From the human T2T-CHM13v2.0 reference genome, Homo sapiens: DNA of 64,000 nucleotides. The stretch's first letter is position 1. Each line of letters starts with the position of its first letter. Below the pieces are notes generated by a model. It worked only from the letters and a program-made list of their open reading frames with translations. It did no database searches and was not told the DNA's origin. The stretch lies in NCBI RefSeq assembly GCF_009914755.1, contig NC_060939.1; one strand, 5' to 3'. Made by a program: the position numbers and the translations under genes. Shown here one piece after another: positions 1 to 12,776 of this stretch.

Positions 1-430
1 GTGTGGTGGGGTGGTATATGGGGAGGCAAGCAGGGAGCAAAGGGGTGACCCAGGGCTTGGGGATGTGCTGGAAGCCTTGGAAATGAGCTTGGGAAAAGTC
101 GGGGGCCGGGAGTTAGAGACCCTCCCTTCTGATGCTCCAAAGCAGGCCATGAGCAGCCATGAGCTCCTGGGCAGGAGTTTCAGAGTGATTCATTTGGCAC
201 CATGGCGAGGATCGGGGGAGGCAGGCAGGTCCTAAGCCTGTCTGCTGTTGCAATGGCAGCAAGGTGACAGAGGGAACAGGCAGGACCAGGAGGAGGAAGG
301 ACCCATGGCCCCAGGTGATTAGACCACATGGAGGGGCCCACTTCACACCCAGGACTTCACAGATCTGGACAGGGGAGTCCCTAACAGATACAGGCTAGGC
401 ATGAGTCCAGGGGACAGGAGAGGATAAAAC

Positions 431-549
431 TAGGGTTTTAATCTAACTGTCCTGGTGTGCCAGGGACTGAGGATAGTTCTCAGGACATATAGATTCCAGT
501 TTTAAAACTAGGAAAGTCCTGGGCAAACTGGGATAAGTTGGCTACCTTC
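431..549. mobile_element. hAT MITE (MER94-like)
   Basis: TAGGGT...GTCCTGGGCAAACTGGGA...GGCTACCT termini. Confidence 0.6.
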
Positions 550-1065
550 AAAGAAATACTGTCTTCAATTTAAGGCTGGTTGAATTTTTGCCAAGCAGCA
601 AAACAGCATGGCCCCTAACTGCTACTCAACCAAAACCTAAAGTTGGGGTTCTCTGCCCAGTTCTAGGCCTCGCACATTTCACCAAAGACAAGATCTCTAG
701 CAGGAACGACACTCTCCCCAACATGTAAACTGGTCCCCACCTTCAGCCTCTTATCTTCCAAGGCCTCCTCTTCTCCATCTCATAGAGTGGCCTTATCTGT
801 GCCCACAGATCACCTCTCCCCAGCTCCCATCCTCTGAGCGCTGGAGTGACTACTAGCCATTTCTCCAACCTTGCAAAGACCTTTCCCTTCCTCAGATCAC
901 AAGACTAGAGATCCTTTCCCTTTCTCCTCAATACACCCTCAGGGCCTAGTGGCTGGCCATCTGTAGAGTTTTATGTGCGTGCTCTCCCTGGGAGCCAATG
1001 CGCTGCTCTGCAGGTGCCGTCACACACTGGTTGCTAGCTGGCTGGTTCTTGCCACTGAACATCAA

Positions 1066-1384
1066 CTCCGAATTCACCTTTTAAAGCCTAACCCCAAAGT
1101 GATGGTATGAGAAGTAGGAGGGATCTGGGAAGTGATTAGGTCATCAGGGTGGAGGTTTCAAGAATGGGATTAGTGCTCTTATAAAAGGGACCCCACAGAG
1201 TGCCCTCACTTCTGCCCTGTGAGGACAGAGCTGTAAGGCACCATCTACAAACCAGACATCAAATCTGCCAGCACCTATCACTCTTGGACTTTTCAGCCTT
1301 CAGAACTGTGAGCAATAAATGTCTGTCATGTATAAGCCACCCACTTATGGTATTTTGTTACAGCAGCCCAAACAAACTAAGACA
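1066..1384 (+). mobile_element. MaLR LTR (MLT1A-like)
   Basis: GGATTAGTGCTCTTATAAAAG...CAGAACTGTGAGCAATAAAT...ACTAAGACA. Confidence 0.8.
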
Positions 1385-1442
1385 CTCTCCCCTTGGGACA
1401 CAAAGTCCTACTGGGAGAGCAATAGTGTGGTAAGCAGGCTGA

Positions 1443-1852
<410 letters not shown>

Positions 1853-1955
1853 TAGTTACCCACTGAGGACTAACATTTCTAAAACAGCTGCAGTTCAAAG
1901 TATAAGGGGAAGAAAGAAGGAACAAAGAAAGTCTGGAGTGCAATAGTTCTTAGAA

Positions 1956-2144
1956 CAGCGATCCTCAAACTTGAGCATGCATCAGAGCTCTCTGGAGGGC
2001 CTGCTCTAGAACACAGACTGCAGGGCCCCAGCTCCAGAGTAACTGCTTCTATAGGTCTGTGGTGGGCCTAGAACTTGCATTTCTAACCAGTTCCCAAGGA
2101 AGGCTAATGCTGCTGGTCCAGGGACCACACTTGGAGAACCACTG
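1956..2144. mobile_element. MER5A hAT MITE
   Basis: CAGCGATCCTCAAA...GAGAACCACTG terminal inverted repeats. Confidence 0.8.
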
Positions 2145-5100
2145 TGCTGAAGTACAGGACCCACACATAGTGAACAGGAAGCCTGGTGACATGTCCGAAA
2201 CATATGCCTGGATGGATTTCTCTTGGAACTCTTTTCGAAAAAGTCACAATGGCTTCAAAGTTTAAAAAGCCATCTATTAGCTGTGATTTGAGTAGGATGC
2301 CATTTGTGGAATGCTCTTTTAAGAGTCCTTTCTGGCCTCCCTTCCTAGGTAGACGTGGACACTGTCTGCCTGTGCTGTCCCCAAAGAATCATCTAAACAG
2401 ACACCCTTCCAGACCGCTTGACAGTGCAGGGGCCCTTTCTCATCACCAGGCTGTGGTCTGCCTGAGGGGCTTGGTTAGAAGGCTCCAAAAGTTGTCACTG
2501 AGTCAGGAACCCAGTAGGTTGGCCATCCACATGGAGTAAGTAAATGCAAACACTCGAAACACACAAACGCTCTCAGTGTAGCTGAGGTGAAGGCATCTTT
2601 CTCCACATAACTATGTTCGATTTAATTTGCACTCCTATAGGCTTACTCCTGGCAGCCATTCAAGCTGACTAGCACAGAACAAACCGAGGCTTTCACGCAG
2701 TTGCTCGGCCAGTTTCCACCTGTCTTCAACGGGAGAGGCCAAGGCACACAGGGGCCCCCAGTGTGTCTGGGTGCCTTCCACTTGCTGGGGCTTTATTTCT
2801 CGATCTCCCGCCTTGCTCTCCATCAGACCTGCAAGTTTTCTAACTTCATTCCTAAGCGGCCCCTCTCCTGGTCAATGTGTCAAAGAATGGGACAGTCTCT
2901 CTCTGTTGTGGAAATTTCCCATTTCATCCCTTACTTAAGAAACTGTCTTTTGACCCACATTTCTAGAGCACACAAGTTTTGGAGCCCCCAGTATATTTAG
3001 TTTTGGGGTACTGGAAGCTCAGTTTTCAGTCAGGTGGGCAATTTTGACTAAACGCAGCTGTCAAGCCCTCAAATGAGAAGAAACATTAGCCAGCTGGCGT
3101 GACAGGAGAGCAGCTATCAGTTCCATCGGCCAGGTTTTAGTTACCGGCCTTGACGCCAAAAAGAAATGGGTTTCTTGGAAACAAAAGTGATGGAATTTGG
3201 GCTGTGACTTATATAACCTACCAGTGTTCCTCAGCCTATGGCGGGATGCTTTAAAATAAAAGTTTTTAGGATGGAGAAATAAATCGAGAAACAACAAAAC
3301 CACCACCACTCAGGCCATGCAGCCTCCTACCTCTGGAAACTTCTGCCAGGCCTTCCTTTCCTCTCCAGCCCCAAAAGGTAACAAGTGCTGCAGCTTTAAG
3401 AGCGGGAAGGTGTTGTTTTAAGGGCCTCTAAGCCCCTCTTCTCAATTTCAGCTTTGAGCTGAGATCACATCCCCCACGGCAGCCAAGGGACAAAAGCCAT
3501 TTATCAACCCATCTGATAAAACTTCCAATGGGCTTGATCTTTATCTAGACCAAACCAAGAACACAAATTGCAAACTCCTGCTTTTCCAAAACGTTGACTT
3601 CTTCTTAAATAGGGTGATTTTTATTTTAATTTTGAATTCTTGGGAGGAAACCAAATTGGGCTGTTCAACCAGACTCTTAAGTAGGTGGAGAAACTGCCTT
3701 TTAAATACACTGGGGGTGAGGAGAGGGCACCCTGCTGTTTGATCCCCTGCGGAGGTTTTGACATTCCAAGCTGAGTACTTTTTGGGGATACCAAGATCCC
3801 TCACCCGACATCTTGTCCTTGGCCAGGCCTCCCTATGGAACCTAGGTCTGGAGAGCAGGTTGCGGCTCTCTGCGACCCTTCTGGGGTGCGCAGTGGTTGA
3901 GTAAGCCGGACGCACAAGTCTGAGCTGGCGCTGGGGGCCAGGAGCAGGGCTGGGACTAGGGGGTAAACTGATCCCTCGCTCCCTACTGTTCACTGTCTGC
4001 GTGGTCCGCCCATTGGGAGCCCCAACTCACAGCCAGGCCGAGCCAGACCTGCCCAGTTTTGCCAGTTCCTTGAAACCCAGTTGGCGGAAGAGCAAATCAA
4101 AATAACCCAATCCGAGTCTAAACTCAAGTCCTTTCTTGCAAAGCTCAGTAGTGCGCGGGGGCTGCGGCTCTACGCCTGGCTGTGGTGCGAAACAAGATGA
4201 AATTTTTTCAAAAAGACACCTCTGAACCCCGCAAACACAATGGAAACGGCTGGGAGATCCCGCCTTGCGCCGGGGGGGCCATTTGGCCCGTGACATTGTG
4301 TTTATTTGTATTTTTAGCAAGAAAAAAAATGGGTATAAAGGGCTTAACTGGCGTTTTCTGGCTGTGAGCAGCATATGGCAAAAATGAAATAAAGTTTTAT
4401 GAAACATCATAAAGAAAACAGGCCGGGGATTTAAGTTGCATGCCTCCCCCCTCCCCCCGAAAGGAAAAAAAGTAAAGAAACTGGAGCGTTTGGGAAGGAA
4501 CAAATGCTTCTCTGTGGAGTTGGTCTCCCTTCCCCCAACAAAAACAAGAGGTCCGGGCTCGGAGGAATTTGAAAGCAGCGATCTGCCAAAAACATTGTGA
4601 AAAACTATGGGGGATTCATTGGAAACAGATGGGCTTTTTCAGCTTTAATTCTGAAATTCTCTCCTTTTCTGACACAATAAAAACAAACAGGGGGCGACGC
4701 AGAAAGTTATCAAACAGGAACACCAGCTCATTTGAGCCGAGTCCGTGGGTGTCCCCGCGTGGCCAAATGGGTGGAAACGAGACGAGGTCTCCGGGGAGGG
4801 GGCTGTCGGGAACTCGGCTGGGACCTCAGGGGCGACCCTGGCTCCACCCCTGGGCACCCGGCAGGTTTGCAAACTGCTGGGCGAGGAGCTGAAGAAAGTG
4901 TCCCCAGCACCGAGGGCGTGCCTCCCCTTCTCCCCCTCTTCCCGAGCCCCTAGGAGGCACGTTCCCAGCCACCCCCTTTCTCGGAAAAAGGGAAGGGAGT
5001 GAGGCACCCCGGCCCCTGCGCCCTCCCCACACGGCTCCATCTCACGGCAACTCGGGCAGGGTGCCCCTCTCCGGGTCCCCAAGGGCAGGCATCGCACCCA

Positions 5101-5259
5101 CGACGGGGTGCGGGAGAAACAAAAGACCCGTGGAAATAGGAGGCGGGGTCCGGAGGAGGTCCGGAGAACTTGAGCCCGGACTCACTCGCGCACATCTGGC
5201 CCAGCATTGAGGGGCGGCCCAGGGACCCGGCCCCGCGCGCCCGGCCGGCAGTGCCTTAC

Positions 5260-5375
5260 CTGCGGGGAAGCTGCAGAGAAGGAAGGCGAGGGTCGGCCAG
5301 AATCCCAGGGCTGAACGTCCTGCCCCTCTCCCCATACCCATCCATCCAGCTCGGCCTGTTACCACTAGCCTCTCC
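5260..5375 (-). CDS. RGMA: RGMA exon 2 (116 nt), signal-peptide region [38 protein letters not shown]
   Basis: Polypyrimidine tract plus TTCCAG acceptor (AG at 5377-5376) and GCAG|GTAAGG donor. The translation is the RGMA signal-peptide segment, with internal Met codons at 5341 and 5335. Confidence 0.97.
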
Positions 5376-6062
5376 CTGGAAGAAGAGTTCAGAAAAAAAG
5401 AAGAAAATAAATCACGCTGCGAAGAAAGGGCAGCCTCGCTCCGCCGGCGGGAGCAGCGAGCCGGGAGGCTCCGTCCACCTCGGCCGCGGGCGCCCGGCGC
5501 GCTCCCCTTCCCGCGCCGCCCCCCGCGCGCCCCTCCCTCGCCATCCATCACTCGGTTCTCCGCCAATGTCGACGCGGCCCCGCGCCCCAGCCGCCTGCGC
5601 ACCGCCCCCTCGCGCTCGGGTTTCAGCGAGGCCGGCGAGGTAGCCGGAGGCGGCCGGGCGGGGACCCAGGCTGCCCGGCCGCAGCGCTCGCCGTGAGGAC
5701 CTCGGAAAACCACGGCCCTAGATCAGAGGGCGCGCCACGCTCCCCGACCCTCGCGCCATCTCCAGCCCGCGGCTGTCCTTGCAAACCAGGCCCAGCACCC
5801 TTGGGAGGCCGCAGGGCATGAGGCGGGGCAGGACGCCCCCTTAATCCCCTCCACGAATATCCAATCCAAGTAGAAAAACTGTCCTTGGAGGCAAATCCCA
5901 GCCCTACTTTCCAACCAGACTGCCGACCCCAAGCTTCCACCGACGCCCCCTGGCTCATCAGTCGCACTCAGACGCGACACCGGTGCAGGAGGCTGAAAAA
6001 CCCACTTCCGAGTTGTCTAGGTCTGGGCAGGATGGCTCTCTGCATCTCAGCTACTAACGCAC

Positions 6063-6100
6063 CTCGAGGTTCCCGCCCGTCGTGGCCCCAGGCCACCCAT
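6063..6100 (-). CDS. RGMA: RGMA alternative first coding exon (MGGLGPRRAGTS-R)
   Basis: Minus strand AGG ATG GGT GGC CTG GGG CCA CGA CGG GCG GGA ACC TCG AG|GTGCGT. Strong Kozak, phase-2 donor in frame with exon 2, and matches the recalled longer RGMA isoform N-terminus. Confidence 0.85.
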
Positions 6101-7440
6101 CCTGACTGGGTTTGGCCTGCCTCCAGCACCCCCTTCAAGCACCTCGCTGCTTCCTGAAGACTTGCCCCGGCTGCGCCCCCGTGCTGAGGGCCTGCGGGCC
6201 TAACCTTGCCACCTTGGCACAGCTGCCACTCCAGAGAGATGGCTATGCCGGTCCGCGTGGCGCGCAGGGCCGGATGGTTTGGCGCTCTCTGCGAGGCCCG
6301 CAAGGCTGCACTTGGGAGGGCTTCAGTATGGTGACCTTTCCTAACTCTGTCGCTTATTTTTCTGGGAAAGAAACATCTCCTTCCCAAGGTTCCCTGGGCC
6401 CTGCAGTTCTGCTGCCGTTGTGATATTTAAGGGACTGGTAACTTCCCCTGAGAGACATCTTTTGGATGAAACACAAATAGTCCTGAGCAAGTGTTCTTAG
6501 TCAAACCAACTCCTCCCGCCACCCTCCTCACCTCACTCCCAAGCCTGCCCATCTGGTTCTTTGGGGAAAAACACCTCTGGGTTTTTATCCAATTTGGAGG
6601 TTTCTCTTAAGCACTATCACAGTCCTTACCTGCTGCAAAGGCCACACAGGCTTGTGCAAGGCTGCAGGGCTGCAGCTGCATTTGGGGTTCCGGCTGCCAG
6701 GTCGGGAGTGTGGAGAGGAGCAAGTTTGAAGGGAGGGGAGAAGGCCCTATGGCTGTGAAGACACAACCCCAGCAGCAAGACTTATGAATCTGGCTTCCAC
6801 AAAACAGGTACACAAGGGGACCATACCTCAGCCAGCTGTGCAACAGGGCAACACGAAGCTGCTCTTCCCTTAGGTGGAAATGCCAGACACAACTCTTCTT
6901 TACGAGGGGGTGTCACTGTGTTTCCCTGAAATATTGAGGTCTCAGATCGACAAGCTCTAAATATTTTTCCCCCAAACCAGGGTTCATTTCAGGACGGGTC
7001 TGCAAAATGCTACGGTTTTCCCAGTGAAAGCCCACCATCGAAAATGCTCTTCCTTTCAAGCTTGGCCAGTCCTGGGGCCCGACCCAACAATTTATTCTGC
7101 AGCATCACCGAACGGCAGCCCATTCCAGCGGCCACCGGGGCACGCTAAGCAGGCACTGTGCCAGGCTGCACAGAGGTGACCAAGTGGCCTTTCCACTAAT
7201 TAACACCATTTGCTAGAGTCTGCCTTTCACGAGCTAGTTCTAGAGTCTCTCGCCAATGAGAAGGGATCACTGGCATTCCAAGTCACCTGGACAGTAATTA
7301 ACCACCGTCACTGCTGCAGCATGTCCAGGTTGGAGACCAGGGCTCAGGATCCAGAGGAGGCCATGCAGCCCGCAGAAGCCCAGAAATCACGCCCTTCTGG
7401 GGCTGCCCTTGCCCAAGAATGGACTTTTCACAGCAGGACT

Positions 7441-7943
7441 TTTTTTTTTTTTTTCAATGAGAACAGAAAAAAGAAATCTTCAACTATGTTACAATTTAAA
7501 AGCAGGAAAAAAAAAAGGAGTTTCTCCCTCCCACGTCAGGAAATGTCATCCAATATTCTTAAAGAAAGGATAACTAAATAAAATACATGTGCAGCATATT
7601 CTGCAATTCCATTACATACAGTAGTTTTTTTTTCCAAAGCTATTTTAAGTATTGTTAATATAAAGCAGTTGCACAAAAAGCAAAGGTGCTTTGACAAACA
7701 GGTGTATGCACTGATTCCTTTTTAGGAACAGTATCTAAAAAGAACCCGTCGTCCACACTGCCCCAAAAAAGACAAAGATTCATACAGACACATCGGGATA
7801 TATGTACAACATAATGAACCCCATCCTAAAGAAGCAACTGAGATAACCCCCAGAGAATACAGAATCAGAATTGTGAAAAATCATAGTGAAGTTTGCTTGC
7901 TGTAAAGCCTGAGAATTTTTTTTTTTTCAGTTGGTTCTTCTCG
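7441..7943 (-). pseudogene. L1-mediated retrocopy of an unidentified mRNA 3'UTR-like fragment
   Basis: Poly(T) run 7440-7454 (poly(A) on minus), TSD CAGCAGGACTTTT at 7431-7443 and 7944-7956, TT|AAAA endonuclease site on minus, AU-rich non-repeat body. Confidence 0.8.
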
Positions 7944-10048
7944 CAGCAGGACTTTTAACCTCTACATTTCAGTTTCTTCATCTGTAAGGATCGGGCTGAT
8001 AATATTGTCACTCCAAGACTACAACTGAATAGAACTCGGAAGAGGCCCCAGGCCATGGGAGTTCCAGTGTCCCTGCCGGGAGACGGGTACTGGCTGCCTT
8101 TTTAGGAGGAGACCCCAGTCTTGCGACATGAGCAAATAATTTGGGAAAGGGGCACAAAAGGCTTTTTTTCCCCCCCTTTCTTGAGGAGAAATGTCTGAGG
8201 CTGAATTTGGACATCTTCAAAGTGGGGACTTGGCCATCACACAGTTTAGACTATCATGAGAAATCTAGCCCCAGCTAGAGCAGTATGGCGTTGTGTTGAC
8301 CTTGAGGAATCTAGCTATACTGGCTAAACCAACCAACTTTTAAACAGCTCCCCAACTCTCTGCAGGAATAAAAAATTCCTAAAACGTTAGATTTGAGAAC
8401 TCAGCACTCCGTTCGCCATAGAAACTCATTTAACTCAAAAGTGTAGTTGACTTCAAACAAACAGCCCCATAGAGTCTAACCAAGTATGTGGTGTCCCCTA
8501 GGCTACAGCTTAGACCTGGGGATAGAGACACTCTCATGCATGACTCTTGCCCCTTTTCTTCAGCACTGGCTGTGGAGGCCTCAATCCTGAGCATCCCCCT
8601 CCACCTTCTCTCCCTTTCCACTCTGGGGGTAGCTATTTGATGGGGGGAAAGGGGTCAAGGGGCTTCTGAAAGGAAGGGTTCTGCATACGGCTGAAGTCTT
8701 CTCAGGGGCAGTGATAGTCAGGGGTTCCAACTTTGCCTGCTTCTAGGTATGAACAGAGTGTTCTCAAATCTAGGGCCTGAGTCATCAGTCAACAAATATA
8801 TATTCAGGACCTGCTGCAGGCTAGACCTTGGGGGATAAAGAAATAAGACAGTCCCTATTTCTGAATTGCTGGTAGAAACAGATAATAGAGAAAAATGAGT
8901 GCTAAAGGAGAGGTGAGGAGTGAATGACCTTTACCAAAAAAGGTGGTGTCTTTCAAAATAATGGCTAATATTTTGACGTATTTTTACATTGTGTCAGATG
9001 CCAGCTGAGTACTTTACATTTCTAGAAACTTTCAGCTAATGAAGATTCTATTACCATCCTCATTTTGCAGATGAAGAAACTGAGGCTGGGAACGCTTAAG
9101 TACGCACCCAATAAATGGCTAAAAAATGCCAAGCCAAGCTGGCCGAACCCCATGCTTGGCGTACTGTGTGTGCCATTCATTCCAATGGTGGTGAGCAAGT
9201 CCGCACCGGGCTTAAAGTCAAGGCGAGACAGATTACTTAACAATCACTTTCAATAAAGCATAACACAGACTCTGACAGGGGAGACACAGAACACAGGCGC
9301 CAGGGGGCTCCAGCCCAGCTTGGGGTGCAGGGAGGGGAAAGAAGCTTTCCCAGTGTAGGAGTATGCCAGGGGAAGTTGACGGGCAAGGGAGGGGATGGCA
9401 GGGAGAAAACTCCAGGCAGAAGGAACACCCAGCACGCCAGGAACAAAGTGTGCTTTACCTGAGGATCTGCAAAGGCTGAAGTGCGGCTGTAGAAGGAAGA
9501 GGTGAAGCTGGAGAAACAGAGCAAAGAGCTTGGGGGAGCCTGTGAAGCACCTGGGAGCCCAACCCAAAGCCTCAAGAAGGGGAGGGATTTATTCTTTTGG
9601 GAGACCACTGTGGGAGATGTAAAAAGATTAGAGTTGCCCAGGCCCTTCTCCAAAGCAGCTATATCTGAATCTCTGTGGGGTAGAGCCTGGGCATCAGCAT
9701 TTTTAAGGAGCTCCCTTAGGCGATTCATGTCTAGGGGAATAGCTGGGTTTGTAAGTTCTATCAATCTCGGGCCCATGCCCTCCTTGCTGCTGGCAGGTGC
9801 ACAGAAGACCCAGGTCTGTCAGTTTCTGCCCCTTGGGATTAAAGTCAAGCCAAGACAGATAACCTAACAATTACTTTCAATAAAATGGTGATTGCAAGTG
9901 ACTCAAGCTGGACCAATCAGAATCTTTCTTGAGATTGTTGCTACAGAAGCTTCAGTTCTGGTCCGACTCCAACATAGGATCGGTTTAGGGCAGCAATCTT
10001 GTGCGAGGGTGAGTGTTTATGAGTGTTAGTAGTTGAGGCAGCATTTGA

Positions 10049-10403
<355 letters not shown>

Positions 10404-10799
10404 TGATGAAGACTTTATTTAGGCTAAGCCTCCCCAAGCCACTCTTCAGCATATGACTCTCCTGCAGCTCTTCCTGAGCTCCTGTGAGCTACCCTAGTAC
10501 CTCTTCCAGCTATGGAAGCTGAGAAAAATTCCTTATTTTGCTGAAACTAGCTTGATCTAGATTTCTCTAACAGATCCCTGTCTAATATGGAGGAAACGAC
10601 CCAACACTGGTTCCAGGTATTTTTGCCAACCTCGCAAGCGTAGGGATATGTTACCAATGGCTCTTAATCCACCATTCACTTACTGACCAAGAATTTGACA
10701 ACATTTCTTGAGTAACCACCCATTCCCCCATGTCCTGAAAAATGTTTGTCCAGACCATGTCTTGAGGAACTGAGTTGCTTCAATTTACAACTCAGAGTG

Positions 10800-11790
10800 T
10801 GAGAACGGATCCTTATTTTTAATTTATCCTTCAAATTCCTCTTTCAGACTTTAAGGGCCGTCCTGGGGTCTGGTCATCTCAGATTTGATGAATCAGTACT
10901 TGTTCTCTCTCTCCATAACCTTCAAGGTTTTATAGACTTTGATCATATCGCCTTTCTGGCTTCATCTTTCCACACTAAAACCCTTAAGGTACAAAGCAGC
11001 CCGGCCTCTTGCGAAGAACTTCAGGTGATGACATTGCTCACCTTCTGCAGTTCTGAGAGATTTTTCTCAAGGGGAAGAGAATACAACTGCCAGGTTTGGG
11101 TAGAGCCCAGGTAGAATACTATTTTTCGCTTGTTTTCCAATATCGTTTCTGACAGTATTTTAGCATTTTCTGAACACTTGGTCCTGAGTGGCCTGTAGCA
11201 AACAAACATTTTGCAAAGACCCCAAGGATCCTCCTTTGTGGCTATAAACAGACTGGACAAAGTCCATTTTCCTGTAATTTGGATTATGTTCTCATAAATG
11301 CATTAACAGACTTGCGCCTGCAAAAGCTTAATATGCATGTTCTTGCTAACTCCTAAGCTCATCCTGCAGTTAATCACCATTTGTTTGCCATCTCTGCATA
11401 GTCTTCATTTCATCCCAAAGCCTGGAACCATCTGAGCTTTCTCTTCTTCAGATAATCCATGTAAATTTAAACTAAGTCTGGATGCACCCACGTTCCTGGG
11501 GGATCCTCACTGTTAATAATTCTTCATCCAGAAAAGTACCTGTTTATCCTATTTTTTATTTCTTGTCTCTAAGGATAATTCTGATCCACGGCAATTTCCC
11601 CGCACATGCTGGAGAGACTTACTATTGTAAATGACCTTTGGGATGGAACTTTGTCAGAAGGAATTTTGAAAGTCTAAACAGAATTCATCCTGGGTTTCTC
11701 CCTCGTCTCCAGGCCTGTTTCTGACTCCTTAAAGAATGCTAATAGATTGGTTGGGTTTCATGTTCTTTTTAGAGAACACATTGTGCTTCG
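10800..11790 (-). mobile_element. Ancient CR1/L3 LINE ORF2 remnant
   Basis: Minus-strand TNLLAFFKE, LDFQ..(F)DKVP and a decayed PQG...F.I...L block, colinear with CR1 RT. Confidence 0.7.
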
Positions 11791-11868
11791 TTCAGCTAGT
11801 TAAGACTTTATAAAGTGTGCTTCATAATAATACTTTTTTAGTATATATTCTGCAAAAGTGGCTATTTA

Positions 11869-12171
<303 letters not shown>

Positions 12172-12548
12172 GGACGCTTCTCAGGTAGGGTGGACTCCCC
12201 TTGTGGGCGGGAGGTACAGGGTGCATGCCTGTGGACACAGGTGCCACATGAAAGGACAGTTGTACATTTTGGCTACGAGGATGTTGCTGCCATCTTCGTT
12301 ATCTGAGGCTTCCTTTCTCTCTGTGTAAAGAATATCACCTGAGCTTTGATGCTCCTTCCCTCACCACCAGAGACTCTTATTCTTGGTAATTAAGACATAA
12401 TTACCAAGAAGAAAAAACTACCAAAAATTTAAAAATTTTACCAAAATTAAAAGTTTTCATTTAAAAATTAAACTAAAATTTTTAATTAAAAAATTACCAA
12501 ATATTGCCAAGTATTGGATTTTATTCCAAAATTTTAATGGGTTTTTAA

Positions 12549-12776
<228 letters not shown>

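Larger units (their letters stand above)
4700..6310. promoter_or_regulatory. RGMA: CpG island over RGMA exon 2 and the proximal alternative promoter
   Basis: Dense CpG, GC boxes and CCAAT at ~5563. Spans exon 2 and the alternative first exon. Confidence 0.85.

Noticed and set aside
5042-5713. 223-aa minus ORF as a single-exon gene
   Set aside because: Only 5260-5375 is bounded by splice sites and matches RGMA. The flanks are stop-poor CpG-island sequence.
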